Assembly (NCBI GenBank): GCA_044344255.1
Contig: JBIJDH010000004.1
Span: forward strand, 64,001-128,000
Direction of reading: 5' to 3'
Length of the DNA stretch: 64,000 nt
DNA from: Myxococcota bacterium
Lineage (GTDB): Bacteria > Myxococcota_A > UBA796 > UBA2385
The translations under genes and the position numbers were made by a program. The notes beneath the pieces are model-generated. The model was not told the origin of the DNA, searched no databases, and saw nothing but the letters and a program-made list of their open reading frames with translations. Positions 8,040-17,387 of the stretch are shown here, one piece after another. Each line of letters opens with the position of its first letter. Position 1 is the stretch's first letter.

Positions 8040-8806
8040 TGCGCCACCTCTTCCCGATCCTGTTCGCTCTGCTCCTGCTGGTGCTGCCCGCTGTCGGCTT
8101 CGCGCAGGAGCTCCGGGAGGTCTCGGATCCCATCGGGGATGGCGCGGTCTCGCTGGCGGAGGAGGTGCGGCAGGTGCCGGTGGCCACCACCGTCAAGCTC
8201 ATCGTGATGCTCACGGCGCTCACGCTGCTGCCGGGCATCTTGATGGTCATGACGCCGTTCACGCGGTTCATCATCGTGTTCTCGATGCTTCGCCAGGCGC
8301 TCGGCCTCCAGCAGTCGCCGCCGAATCAGGTCCTGGTGGCGCTCTCCTTCTTCCTCTCGGTGTTGATCATGGCCCCCACCCTCGATGAGGTGCGGGCGGA
8401 CGCGGTAGACCCCTTCATGGCCGGCCAGATGGACACCGGTGACGCGCTGCGCGCGGGCATGGAGCCCATGCGCACGTTCATGCTGGCGAACACACGACGC
8501 TCCGATCTCGCGGTGGTGATGGACATCGGACGGGTGCCTCGCCCCGAGACGCTGGCGGACGTGCCGACCTCCGCGGTGATCAGCGCGTTTGTGCTCTCCG
8601 AGCTCAAGACCGCCTTCGTCATCGGGGTCAAGATCTACATCCCTTTCCTGGTGCTCGACATCATCGTCGCCAACGTGCTGATGGGCATGGGTATGATGGT
8701 GCTCCCGCCGGTGGTCATCTCGCTGCCCTTCAAGCTGCTCCTCTTCGTGCTGATGGACGGTTGGGGGCTGCTGGTCCGCTCCCTCGCCGCCAGCTTCGGC
8801 CTCTGA
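8039..8806 (+). CDS. fliP: Flagellar export gate protein FliP
   Basis: MTPFTRFIIVFSMLRQALGLQQSPPNQVL, AFVLSELKTAF, MGMGMMVLPPVVISLPFKLLLFVLMDGW. ATG 8039 overlaps the fliO stop (TGATG). Confidence 0.96.
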   Translation: MRHLFPILFALLLLVLPAVGFAQELREVSDPIGDGAVSLAEEVRQVPVATTVKLIVMLTALTLLPGILMVMTPFTRFIIVFSMLRQALGLQQSPPNQVLVALSFFLSVLIMAPTLDEVRADAVDPFMAGQMDTGDALRAGMEPMRTFMLANTRRSDLAVVMDIGRVPRPETLADVPTSAVISAFVLSELKTAFVIGVKIYIPFLVLDIIVANVLMGMGMMVLPPVVISLPFKLLLFVLMDGWGLLVRSLAASFGL

Positions 8807-8838
8807 GGGCCCGCCTCCTCTCAACCCTGGACGCTCCA

Positions 8839-9108
8839 ATGTCGCTCAACGAGGCCATCCTCTGGGGCCAGCAGTCGATGCTGGCGGTCGCGATGGTGAG
8901 CGGCCCCATCCTGCTCACCGCTCTGCTGGTCGGCGTGGTGGTCGGCCTCCTGCAGGCCGTGACCCAGATCCATGAGATGACCCTTGTGTTCGTCCCGAAG
9001 ATCATCGCCGTGTTCCTGGTCATCAGCGTGATGGGGCCCTGGATGCTCGATCAGATGGTGAACTTCTCCGAGCGGATCTTCATGTCCGTCTCTGTCATCA
9101 ACGAGTAG
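8839..9108 (+). CDS. fliQ: Flagellar export gate protein FliQ
   Basis: GLLQAVTQIHEMTLVFVPKI...GPWM; ATG at 8839. Confidence 0.95.
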   Translation: MSLNEAILWGQQSMLAVAMVSGPILLTALLVGVVVGLLQAVTQIHEMTLVFVPKIIAVFLVISVMGPWMLDQMVNFSERIFMSVSVINE

Positions 9109-9115
9109 GCGGCTC

Positions 9116-9883
9116 ATGGCGATCGGCTGGCTCATCACCGGCTTCCTGGTGATGGCCCGCATCGGCGGCGCGCTGTCCATCCTGCCCGTGTTCTCCACGC
9201 CGAACATCCCCGCGATGTTTCGTGTGTTTTGCGCGATATCCCTCGCAGTCGTGGTCACGCCGGTGGTGCAGCCGGGCCCCACGCCGGCCACGGTCGCAGC
9301 CCTCATCGGGGGCCTGACCTCGGAGGTCCTGCTGGGCGTGATGATGGGCGGGGTCGTGCGCCTCGTCTTCGGGGCGATCGTCCTGGCCGGTGAGCTCATC
9401 AGCAGCCAGATCGGGCACGGAGCGGCCCTCCTCTACGACCCCACGACCCAGATCGCGCAGGGCCCCCTCGCCACGCTCTCTGGCCTGCTCGCCTCGCTGG
9501 TCTTCGTGGGCACCAACCTTCACCTCGAGGTGGTGCAGATCATCGGCCACTCCTTCGAGCGGGTTCCGCCGGGGCAGGTCGCCGACCTCATCGCACCCGG
9601 CGGCGTGTGGATCACCCTGGCCGGTTGGGTGATCCGCGCCGGGCTTCAGCTCGCTGGGCCCGCCTTGGCGCTCGTGTTCCTCGTCAACGTCTTCATGGGG
9701 GTCATCGGCCGCCTCGCGCCTTCCATGAACGCCTTCTTTGGCCTCGGCGTGATCCTCACCATGATCTTCGGCGAGCTGGTCTTCACCCTCGGAATGCCGC
9801 ACGCGCTCGAGGCGCACATACAGATGCTCCGAGAGTCCCTCGGCAGCATGACTGAGGTGCTCCGGCAGGCCGCCGGGCCATGA
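9116..9883 (+). CDS. fliR: Flagellar export gate protein FliR
   Basis: ARIGG...PVFS..IP, AGELISSQIG, GVIGRLAPSMNAF; multi-TM; position in fliPQR. Confidence 0.93.
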   Translation: MAIGWLITGFLVMARIGGALSILPVFSTPNIPAMFRVFCAISLAVVVTPVVQPGPTPATVAALIGGLTSEVLLGVMMGGVVRLVFGAIVLAGELISSQIGHGAALLYDPTTQIAQGPLATLSGLLASLVFVGTNLHLEVVQIIGHSFERVPPGQVADLIAPGGVWITLAGWVIRAGLQLAGPALALVFLVNVFMGVIGRLAPSMNAFFGLGVILTMIFGELVFTLGMPHALEAHIQMLRESLGSMTEVLRQAAGP

Positions 9884-9907
9884 GCGCCCTCGCCCGCAGG
9901 AGCGCCC

Positions 9908-11044
9908 GTGTCTGATGATGGCGGGCAGGAGAAGACACAGGAGCCCACGGCCAAGCGGGAGGAAGACTTTAGAGAGGAGGGCAAGGTCCCCCGCTCGAAG
10001 GACCTCGTCTCCAGCCTCGCGCTGGCGATCGGCGGCCTGATGATGATCCAGCTCACCCCCGGGGTGGGCCGTCACATGATCTACATTTTTCAGACCTTCT
10101 ACGCGATCATCCCCATCGGGACGCTCGACCGGGCCGGGGCGGAGGCGCTGGCCGCCTATGTCCTCGTCGAGATGGCGGTGCTGCTCGCCCCCGTCTTCGG
10201 CATGTTGTTCATGGTCACGCTGATCATCGGCCTCGTGCAGGGCCAAGGCATCATCCCGAAGGACCCCATCAAGCTCGACTGGGGCCGCCTCGACCCGCTG
10301 AAGCAGGCCAAGGAGCTGTACCTCTCGCCCCACCCGATCGTTGAGCTGGTCAAGAGCGTTCTGAAGGTCGGCCTCATCGGCTGGCTGGTCTGGACCGCCC
10401 TCCGGGATCGCCCGGGATGGTTCCTCTCCTTCCAAAACCGCACCGCCGCCGGGATGCTGTACGGCTACAAGGAGTTGGCGATCATCGTGCTCTCTCGGGC
10501 GCTCCCGGTGGCCTTGATCCTGTCGGTGATGGACTACGTCTACCAGTGGTACCGCCTCCAAGAACAGAAGATGATGACCAAGGAGGAGGTCAAGGAAGAG
10601 CACAAGGCCTCCGACGGTGACCCAAACGTGAAGGCGGCCCGAAAGCGGCGAATGATGCAGATCAGCCAGTCGAAGGCCATCCAGAACGTGAAGAACGCCG
10701 ACGTCGTGATCACCAACCCGACCCACTACGCCGTCGCCATCCGCTACCGAAAGGAGGAGGCCCCGGCCCCGCTCGTCCTGGCCCGCGGGGTCGATGCCTT
10801 CGCCCAGCGGATCAAGGCCGAGGCGATGCGTCACGACGTCCCACAGGTGGAGAACCGGGCCCTCGCGCGTACGCTCTACAAGCAGTCCCGGGAGGGCAAG
10901 ATGATCCCGGAGGACCTGTTCGCTGCCGTCGCGCGGGTGCTGGCGGTGCTCTGGAAGCGGCGAGCCGCCCGCCCGGGGCTCAGCCGGGAGATCCGCCGCG
11001 CGCCGTCGAGCCCGGTGGCCGGACCGCGGGTGTCGGGGCGCTGA
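9908..11044 (+). CDS. flhB: Flagellar export switch protein FlhB
   Basis: EKTQEPTAKR N-terminus, MTKEEVKEEHKASDGDP, intact NPTH autocleavage motif, ENRALARTL. Confidence 0.96.
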   Translation: MSDDGGQEKTQEPTAKREEDFREEGKVPRSKDLVSSLALAIGGLMMIQLTPGVGRHMIYIFQTFYAIIPIGTLDRAGAEALAAYVLVEMAVLLAPVFGMLFMVTLIIGLVQGQGIIPKDPIKLDWGRLDPLKQAKELYLSPHPIVELVKSVLKVGLIGWLVWTALRDRPGWFLSFQNRTAAGMLYGYKELAIIVLSRALPVALILSVMDYVYQWYRLQEQKMMTKEEVKEEHKASDGDPNVKAARKRRMMQISQSKAIQNVKNADVVITNPTHYAVAIRYRKEEAPAPLVLARGVDAFAQRIKAEAMRHDVPQVENRALARTLYKQSREGKMIPEDLFAAVARVLAVLWKRRAARPGLSREIRRAPSSPVAGPRVSGR

Positions 11045-11100
11045 GGTGGGACCGGGGCGCGGGGAAATGAGGTATCCTCGGGGCGCATCTCGGGTGATCC

Positions 11101-12672
11101 ATGGTCCTACGGTCGCGCTGCTCGGTCTCTCCCCTGGCCTTCCCCCTGCTGCTGGCGCTCACCGCCTGCAGTGAGAAGGCGGTGGGGATCTTCAATACGC
11201 CGCCTTCGGCCTCAATTATATCCCCGGCCGCCGGTGATCAGTTCGCCGGCGACACCCTGGTCGAGCTCCGCGGCCTCGCGCGCGACTCCCAGGACGACTC
11301 CGAGCTCTTGCTGGTCTCCTGGTCGAGCTCGATCGACGGAGAGCTCGGGGTGGATCCGCCGAACCCGAACGGCGACGTGTACCTCGGGGTGAGCGCCCTC
11401 ACCGAAGGGGAGCACGTCATCACCCTCACGGTGGTCGACACCTCGGGCGACTCGGCGAGCGACGCCGTAAACCTGATCATCGGGGCGGGCGCAGAGGACA
11501 CCGGCGGCGGAGATGACGGCCCCACGAGCGAGCCGCCCACCGTGCTGCTCGCCGGCCCCTCAAACGGCGACACCTTCGGGGTGGGCGAGACCGTCACCTT
11601 CATCGGCAAGGTGAGCGACGACCAGGCCCCGGAAACGCTCGGCGCCTCGCTCGTCTCGACCCTCGACGGGGTCATCTGGACGGGGAACCCCGCGGCGGAC
11701 GGGCGGGTCGACGTCGACATCGCCGCGCTCAACCCCGGAGCCCACACCGTCTCCCTCGAGGTCACCGACGATGAGGGCAACACCGCCTCCGATCAGGTCG
11801 ACGTCACGGTCCTCGAAGACGGCCGGCCGGTCACCGAGATCCTGAGCCCGCTCCCTGCGGGCAACCCCTATTGGACGGACAGCTCGGTCACCTTCCAGGG
11901 TGTCGTCTCCGACGGCGAGACCGACGCCGAGCTCTTGGGCGTCACCTGGTCTACCGACCTGCAGGGCACCCTCGCCACGGGGGCCCCCGACAGCGCTGGC
12001 AACACCGCCACCTCGGCCTTCCTCGTCGAGGGGACGCACGTCGTCACGCTGACCGCGGTGGACTCCGAGGGGAAGGTCGGTACGGCGACCTCCGTGATCG
12101 AGGTCTACGACCCGCTCCACTACGACAACGACGGCGACGGCTTCAGCGAGTCCGAGGGAGACTGCGACGACGCTGACGCCACTCGCAGCCCTGGCATCGC
12201 CGAGCTCTGTGATGATGTGGACAACGACTGCGACGGCGAGATCAACGAGGACTGGTGGGACACCAAGGAGGCCGACGACAGCATCGCCGACCCCTACGAC
12301 CTCGGCGGGGTCGGCTCGGGGCTGTGGAGCTCCGACACCGTCACCATCTCCGGGCTGTCGCTCCACGAAGAGGGTGATGAGGACTGGTTTGTCTGGGAGG
12401 CCAACGACATCTTCCTGGTCGACAACGTCACGGTGCAGGTCTCGGTGACGGGCCTGCCCTCCGCCGGGCCGGGCGACTTCGTGGTTGAGCTCTACCTCGA
12501 TGACGGCGGCTACAACCTCGTCGACAGCGACTCCGGCCTCGGCACCCTGTCGATCAACCACTCGGGCGACGTCTTCGAGGGCGGTGAGGACAATTGGGCC
12601 ATCCGCATCTACGCCGCGAACTGGCCCGCCGGCTTCTGCACCAGCACCTTCACGATCAAGGTCACGAGCTGA
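11101..12672 (+). CDS. Acidic lipoprotein: three Ig/PKD-like repeats, a MopE-related putative metal-binding motif and a C-terminal PPC-like domain
   Basis: Lipobox LLALTA-C; three repeats ending G.H.(V/I)TL..D..G; DNDGDGFSESEGDCDDAD...PGIAELCDDVDNDCDGEINE; GDEDWF. Confidence 0.75.
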   Translation: MVLRSRCSVSPLAFPLLLALTACSEKAVGIFNTPPSASIISPAAGDQFAGDTLVELRGLARDSQDDSELLLVSWSSSIDGELGVDPPNPNGDVYLGVSALTEGEHVITLTVVDTSGDSASDAVNLIIGAGAEDTGGGDDGPTSEPPTVLLAGPSNGDTFGVGETVTFIGKVSDDQAPETLGASLVSTLDGVIWTGNPAADGRVDVDIAALNPGAHTVSLEVTDDEGNTASDQVDVTVLEDGRPVTEILSPLPAGNPYWTDSSVTFQGVVSDGETDAELLGVTWSTDLQGTLATGAPDSAGNTATSAFLVEGTHVVTLTAVDSEGKVGTATSVIEVYDPLHYDNDGDGFSESEGDCDDADATRSPGIAELCDDVDNDCDGEINEDWWDTKEADDSIADPYDLGGVGSGLWSSDTVTISGLSLHEEGDEDWFVWEANDIFLVDNVTVQVSVTGLPSAGPGDFVVELYLDDGGYNLVDSDSGLGTLSINHSGDVFEGGEDNWAIRIYAANWPAGFCTSTFTIKVTS

Positions 12673-12725
12673 TCGCGGCAGCAGCGCCAGGGCCAACGCG
12701 CCTGGAGGGGCGTGGCGCTGGAGGA

Positions 12726-12745
12726 GCGGGGCCCGGAGGCCCCGC
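12726..12745. terminator. Hairpin between convergent genes (possible bidirectional terminator)
   Basis: GCGGGGCC-CGGA-GGCCCCGC perfect 8-bp stem; only a weak U-tract. Confidence 0.35.
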
Positions 12746-12763
12746 CCGTTGTCTGCGCTCCGA

Positions 12764-14146
12764 TCAGCCGCCGGAGAAGGTGGACTTCACTAGGTCGAAG
12801 GTGGACTTCACGTCGCCGAGCGTGGTCTTCGCCTCGCCGGGGATGGCGCCGACCAGCTTCACGTTGGCCCCGACCGCCTTCAGCGTCTTCGGGATCTGAG
12901 TGGCCTTGAGGCCGGCGTCCTTGGCCATCGTCGGGACCTTCGAGGGCAGGGTCTTCGCCTCGGTCACCAGGGCCTGGGCGTCCTTGGGCATCGAGCCGAG
13001 CGCGACCGTGGCCTTCCCCATCGCCTCGACGAGGCCGTTGAGGGCCGCGACGCCGTTGGTGACCGTGGGGCTCGCGCCGGGCTTGACGGAGATCTTCGGC
13101 TTGGTCCCCTCCATCTTGAGGGTGAGGGCCCCCTTGGCGCTGGACTTGAGCTCTTCGAGGGCGTCGCCCAAGCTGGCCCCCTCGGCGATCCCGAGGGCCG
13201 TGTTGAGGTTCAGGTTCGCGTCGGCGATGGCGTCCTGGGCGGTGTAGAGCTTGTCGAGCATGCCCTGGGCCTTTCCGAAGAAGGAGTCGAGGTCCTTGAT
13301 GCCGGTGACCTCCATCTTCTTGTGCTCGCGCTTCTCGCCGCTGCCCTTGCTCGACTTGCTCGCCTTGGCCGACTTCTTCTCCCCGTCGTCGTCGTCGGAG
13401 GCCTCGGGGAGGTCGTCGTCGCCGGAGTCAGCGGTGGCGGTGGCGGTAGAGGTGGACGCGGCTGCGGGGGGCGGATCTCCGCGGAGGCTGGCGAGGATGA
13501 CCTCGGCGGTCGGGGTCTCCCCGGAGGCGGCCTTGTAGAACACCACCTCGACGAGGCGATCCGCGGCGTTCGACCCGCCCTTGGCACCGGCGTCGGCCAT
13601 GCCGAGGGTGAGGATGCGGCGCTCGTCACCGCCCTTCTCGGACACCTCGCCCTTCACGAACTCGGCGCGATCGAGGGAGATCGACTGCTTGGCGGAGGTC
13701 GTGCCGACGGCGTCGGTGTAGCCCGCGAGCAGGATCCAGAGCCCCTGGTCCTTCTTGAGGTAGCCGGCGATCTCGGTCACCTTCTGGATGTCCCCCGAGG
13801 AGGCGAGGCTGGAGGCGCCGGTCGAGAACATCACCGGCTCCACCGCCGGAGAGGAGACCACCGAGCCATACGCGGCCGTGGTGGTGGTCTTGGTGGTCTT
13901 CGTGGAGGCGGCGCCGGTGGTGTTCTTGGCCGCTGACGCGGTGGTCTCCTTCGAGGAGGAGCTGCCCTTGGAAGAGCTCCCCTTCGAGGAGGAGCTGCCC
14001 TTCGAGGAGGAGCTTCCCTTCGAGGAGGAGCTGCCCTTGGAGGCCGCGGCCTTCACAGGCTCCGACGTCTTGTGAGAGAAGCAGCCGGTGGAGGCGAGAA
14101 GGAGGGAGATCAGGAGCGCAGGAGCGCCGAATCCAGAGGACCGCAT
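12764..14146 (-). CDS. OmpA-family lipoprotein with a Ser/Lys-rich linker and a C-terminal helical domain of unknown function
   Basis: Lipobox LLASTG-C; OmpA-like motifs GYTDAVG, ISLDRAEFVK, DRLVEV; GAGGAAAGG SD. Confidence 0.75.
   Translation of the reverse strand: MRSSGFGAPALLISLLLASTGCFSHKTSEPVKAAASKGSSSSKGSSSSKGSSSSKGSSSKGSSSSKETTASAAKNTTGAASTKTTKTTTTAAYGSVVSSPAVEPVMFSTGASSLASSGDIQKVTEIAGYLKKDQGLWILLAGYTDAVGTTSAKQSISLDRAEFVKGEVSEKGGDERRILTLGMADAGAKGGSNAADRLVEVVFYKAASGETPTAEVILASLRGDPPPAAASTSTATATADSGDDDLPEASDDDDGEKKSAKASKSSKGSGEKREHKKMEVTGIKDLDSFFGKAQGMLDKLYTAQDAIADANLNLNTALGIAEGASLGDALEELKSSAKGALTLKMEGTKPKISVKPGASPTVTNGVAALNGLVEAMGKATVALGSMPKDAQALVTEAKTLPSKVPTMAKDAGLKATQIPKTLKAVGANVKLVGAIPGEAKTTLGDVKSTFDLVKSTFSGG
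13948..14043 (-). repeat. In-frame 15-18-bp repeat encoding (KGSSSS)n, about 5 units
   Basis: Repeated GAGGAGCTGCCCTTCGAG-like units on the + strand; protein SSKGSSSSKGSSSSKGSSSSKGSSSKGSSSSK. Confidence 0.85.
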
Positions 14147-14280
14147 CGGCCTTTCCTCGGTGTTTGCGGGAATTGTCCGATTGTTAGCGCGCCGTTGGGC
14201 GACTCGCCACTGAATCTACTCGGGGTGCGGCTCGTGGAACCCCGGGACCGACGGGACGCTTCCCCGAGCGACCGACGGGC

Positions 14281-16071
14281 TCAGCGGGTGGACCAGGCCA
14301 GGATCAGGCTGGCGAGGGCCTGCGCGGGGCGACCCATGTCGGTCTCCTTGCGGCCGTCCCATCGGAAGACCTTGTTCCCGCGCAGCAGGTAGACGGCGTC
14401 GGACTCGACCGCGAAGAGCGTCCCGGCTTGGGCCGGGGCCCGTCCGGTGCGCTCCAAGGAGACGGCCTCGGGGTCGAGGTCGGCCCCGGGGAGGTAGGAG
14501 GGCTCCCCGTAGATGCACACCCCGACCCGCCGCGGCTGGCGGTGCAAGGCGATGATCTCGCCGTAGGGCTCGGCGTCGCGGATGAGCAGCACCTTGCTCT
14601 GCGGACGCCGAAGGTCAGGGAAGCCGAAGGCCAACCAGGCGCGGCCGTCGGGGTGGGTGAGCACACCGCGGTCCCCAGCGGCGTCGAGCACGTTCTGGAC
14701 CGGGGCGATCCCCTCGAGGGTCTCCGGGAGGCCCCCCCAAGCCCCCCGATCGAGGCTCCCGCCGAGGGCGGCCAGCGCGAGCATCCAGCCGGTGACCGGG
14801 GGATCTTCGGGCCGCACCGCGGGGGGCCGCCCGATCTCGGCGGCCTGCAGGCGCGCGGGGCCAGCGGGGAGGGCGGCGGCGGCCGGCGGCGCCTCCGTCG
14901 CGGTCGCGGCGGGCGTCGCGGCGGCGGGCGTCGCGGCGGCGGAAGGGGACGCGGACATCGTGAGCTGGACCCGTGGTGCGGCGCCCGCCGGTGCCGGCGC
15001 GGCCGCCTCGGCGGCGCCGCGGACGGGCGGGCGGAGCTCGTGCTCGGGGAGGTTCGGTCGGATGAGGCGCTCCCAGGCGAGCAGCGCGACCTCAGGGTCG
15101 GTCGGCAGGACGTAGACGAGGCCTCGCTTCGTCTGCGCCGCCCCCGCCGAGAGGAACATCGCCCGCGCGCCCACCGCCGTGAAGGCCAGGCCGCGGAGGA
15201 GCTCCAGGAAGCCCGGCACGGCCTCCCCGTCCGTCAGCCGAGCGAGGCCGGCGCCCTCGTGGCCGGGGGCGACCACGATGAGGGTAGCGGCCTGCCCGTC
15301 GTCGTCGAGGCTCCAGCCCGATCCGGTGATGGCCTCTACCAGGACCCGGGGGGCGACCGCGCCGAGGCCGATGACACAGATCGCGGTCGAGGAGGGGACG
15401 CTCATGACTCTCTCCGGTGCTGCCCCCTCTTCACCCGGCGAGCCCCGCTTGCGTAGGGGAGGGGGCGAATCTGTGTCGGCCGGTGGGCCCCCGTCTTCGG
15501 GCCGCTCAAGGGTCAGATCTTCGGGCCGGTTGGCGTTTCGCAGGGGGCCTGGGCGGAGGACGCGGCCAGGCACCCCCTCGACGAAGGAACGCGCGGACCT
15601 CCCATCCTGCGCGTAGACCGCCGCTCGCTCGGCCATGCTCGCGGGGAGCCAGGCGAGGAGGGGGTTTCGTTCGCCCCCCGCGACGCCCACGGCGGGGGTG
15701 CCGGCGTCGATCAAGGCCCGGAGGTCCTCGGCGCGGAGATCGACGAGGTCACAAGGGCAGATCAAGGCGAGGGGCGCTGTGCTGTCGCGGAGCGCTGCCG
15801 CGACCCCCCACAGGGGGTGGTGGTCGCCCAGCGGCGCCGCCTCGGCGATGACCCGGAGGCCCAGGGCCTGCAAGCCGGGCTGGCGGCCGACGAGGGTGAT
15901 CGGGTCGAACCCGGCCGCGCGGAGGGCCCGCGCCACGCGGAGCGCCAGCGCCTCGCCATCGACCTGCACCAAGGCCTTGTCCTGGCCCATCCGACGTGAG
16001 GCGCCACCGGCGAGGATGTAGGCGGGCAGGCTGTCTGCGGGGCCTGCGTCCTCGGCTCGGCGGGGGATCAA
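14281..16071 (-). CDS. mobA: Molybdenum cofactor guanylyltransferase MobA fused or read through to a degenerate MoaB/MogA-like domain and an unknown C-terminal domain
   Basis: ILAGGASRRMGQDKAL, PCDL, NANRPEDL (MobA); later VPGFLELLRGLAFTAVGARAMFL...VYVLP...AWERLIRPNL (MoaB-like). TTG 16071 overlaps the moeA stop. An internal SD plus ATG lies at 15405. Confidence 0.75.
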   Translation of the reverse strand: MIPRRAEDAGPADSLPAYILAGGASRRMGQDKALVQVDGEALALRVARALRAAGFDPITLVGRQPGLQALGLRVIAEAAPLGDHHPLWGVAAALRDSTAPLALICPCDLVDLRAEDLRALIDAGTPAVGVAGGERNPLLAWLPASMAERAAVYAQDGRSARSFVEGVPGRVLRPGPLRNANRPEDLTLERPEDGGPPADTDSPPPLRKRGSPGEEGAAPERVMSVPSSTAICVIGLGAVAPRVLVEAITGSGWSLDDDGQAATLIVVAPGHEGAGLARLTDGEAVPGFLELLRGLAFTAVGARAMFLSAGAAQTKRGLVYVLPTDPEVALLAWERLIRPNLPEHELRPPVRGAAEAAAPAPAGAAPRVQLTMSASPSAAATPAAATPAATATEAPPAAAALPAGPARLQAAEIGRPPAVRPEDPPVTGWMLALAALGGSLDRGAWGGLPETLEGIAPVQNVLDAAGDRGVLTHPDGRAWLAFGFPDLRRPQSKVLLIRDAEPYGEIIALHRQPRRVGVCIYGEPSYLPGADLDPEAVSLERTGRAPAQAGTLFAVESDAVYLLRGNKVFRWDGRKETDMGRPAQALASLILAWSTR

Positions 16072-17384
16072 GCCGGGCGCCCGCCCCATCGGTAGCCGGG
16101 GACCGGCGAGCACAAGAAGCCGGCGTCGATGATCTGCACCGGCACGAGGTCTCCGTCAGCGGCTCCTCGAGCGGCGGCGTCGAGCAGGAGGAGCCCCTGG
16201 GCCCGCGCCATGCTCGAGCCGAGGTGGGAGTCCTGTCCGCCGGTCGGACGGGCGCGGAGCTCGGCCCCCTCCCAGGAGAGCAGGACCCGCACGAGCTCGT
16301 TTCGACCGGCCCCCTTGTGGAGGGAGCCCTCCAGCCGCGCGTCGACGACCGGCAGGAAGGGGTTCGGGTCCCCCAGCGCCCGCCGCAGCACGGGGCGCAC
16401 GAACTGGAGGAAGTTCACCATGCAGGAGACAGGGTTTCCCGGCAGGCCGAAGACGGGCACATCGCCGATGTGGCCGACAGCCAGCGGCTTTCCGGGGCGC
16501 ATCTTCACTCGCCAGAAGTCCATCTCCACCCCGACATCCGCGAGCACCTCCTTGACGACGTCGAAGTCACCGACGCTCACCCCTCCGGTCGTGAGGAGCA
16601 GGTCCGGGCGGAGGGACAGGGCGGCGAGGAGGGCGGCGCGGGTGCCCTCTCGACTGTCGGGCGCGTTGCCGGCGTCGAGGGCCACGGCCCCTGCCTCGCG
16701 GACGAGGCCGATCAGGGCGGCGGTGTTGGACGACCAGAGCTGCCCTGGACCGAGGGGCTCACCCGGTGCCACCACCTCGTCACCGGTCGATAGGATGGCT
16801 ACGCGGGGTGGCGCCGCGACCTTGAGCCGGGCCCGGCCGACCGACGCGCAGCGGCCGATCCGGGCCGGGGAGAGCGTCACACCCGGGCTCAGCACCTCCG
16901 CGCCCGCGGCGACCTCCTCTCCGCGGCGGCGGACGTGATGGCCGCGGCGCGCGGCGCCGAAGATGCGCACGCGGCCATCCGGTAGCGCCTCCACCTCCTC
17001 CTGGATCACGATGGTGTCAGCGCCCTCGGGGAGGGGCGCCCCCGTGAAGATGCGGGCGGACTCCCCAGGCCCCAGCGACCGTCGGGGGATGGAGCCGGCC
17101 GGGATCACCTCGACGATGTGCAGCACAACGCCCTCGGAGGGCGCTGCCGCTCCTCCTTCGGCGAGGTCACAGCCGCCGCCTGCCGGACCGGTGAGGTGGG
17201 ACAGGTCGTCGGCGCGGACCGCGTAGCCGTCCATCGCGCTGTTGTCCCAGCGGGGGATGTCGATCGGGGAGACCACGGTCTCCGCGAGCACTCGCCCGTA
17301 GGCCTCGGTGAGGGGCACCTCCTCAACCCGGAGCGGGAGCCCCCGGGCGAGGCAGCGAGCGAGAGCCTCCTCGATCGTGAGCAC
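16068..17384 (-). CDS. moeA: Molybdopterin molybdotransferase MoeA
   Basis: DNSAMDGYA, IFTGAPLPEGADT, STGDEV, TTGGVSVGDFD, MRPGKP, LPGNPVS. Confidence 0.95.
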   Translation of the reverse strand: MLTIEEALARCLARGLPLRVEEVPLTEAYGRVLAETVVSPIDIPRWDNSAMDGYAVRADDLSHLTGPAGGGCDLAEGGAAAPSEGVVLHIVEVIPAGSIPRRSLGPGESARIFTGAPLPEGADTIVIQEEVEALPDGRVRIFGAARRGHHVRRRGEEVAAGAEVLSPGVTLSPARIGRCASVGRARLKVAAPPRVAILSTGDEVVAPGEPLGPGQLWSSNTAALIGLVREAGAVALDAGNAPDSREGTRAALLAALSLRPDLLLTTGGVSVGDFDVVKEVLADVGVEMDFWRVKMRPGKPLAVGHIGDVPVFGLPGNPVSCMVNFLQFVRPVLRRALGDPNPFLPVVDARLEGSLHKGAGRNELVRVLLSWEGAELRARPTGGQDSHLGSSMARAQGLLLLDAAARGAADGDLVPVQIIDAGFLCSPVPGYRWGGRPA

Positions 17385-17387
17385 CGC

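Noticed and set aside
12764..14146. OmpA-domain protein as the missing MotB
   Set aside because: It has a lipobox rather than the MotB TM with the conserved Asp, and no motA partner.
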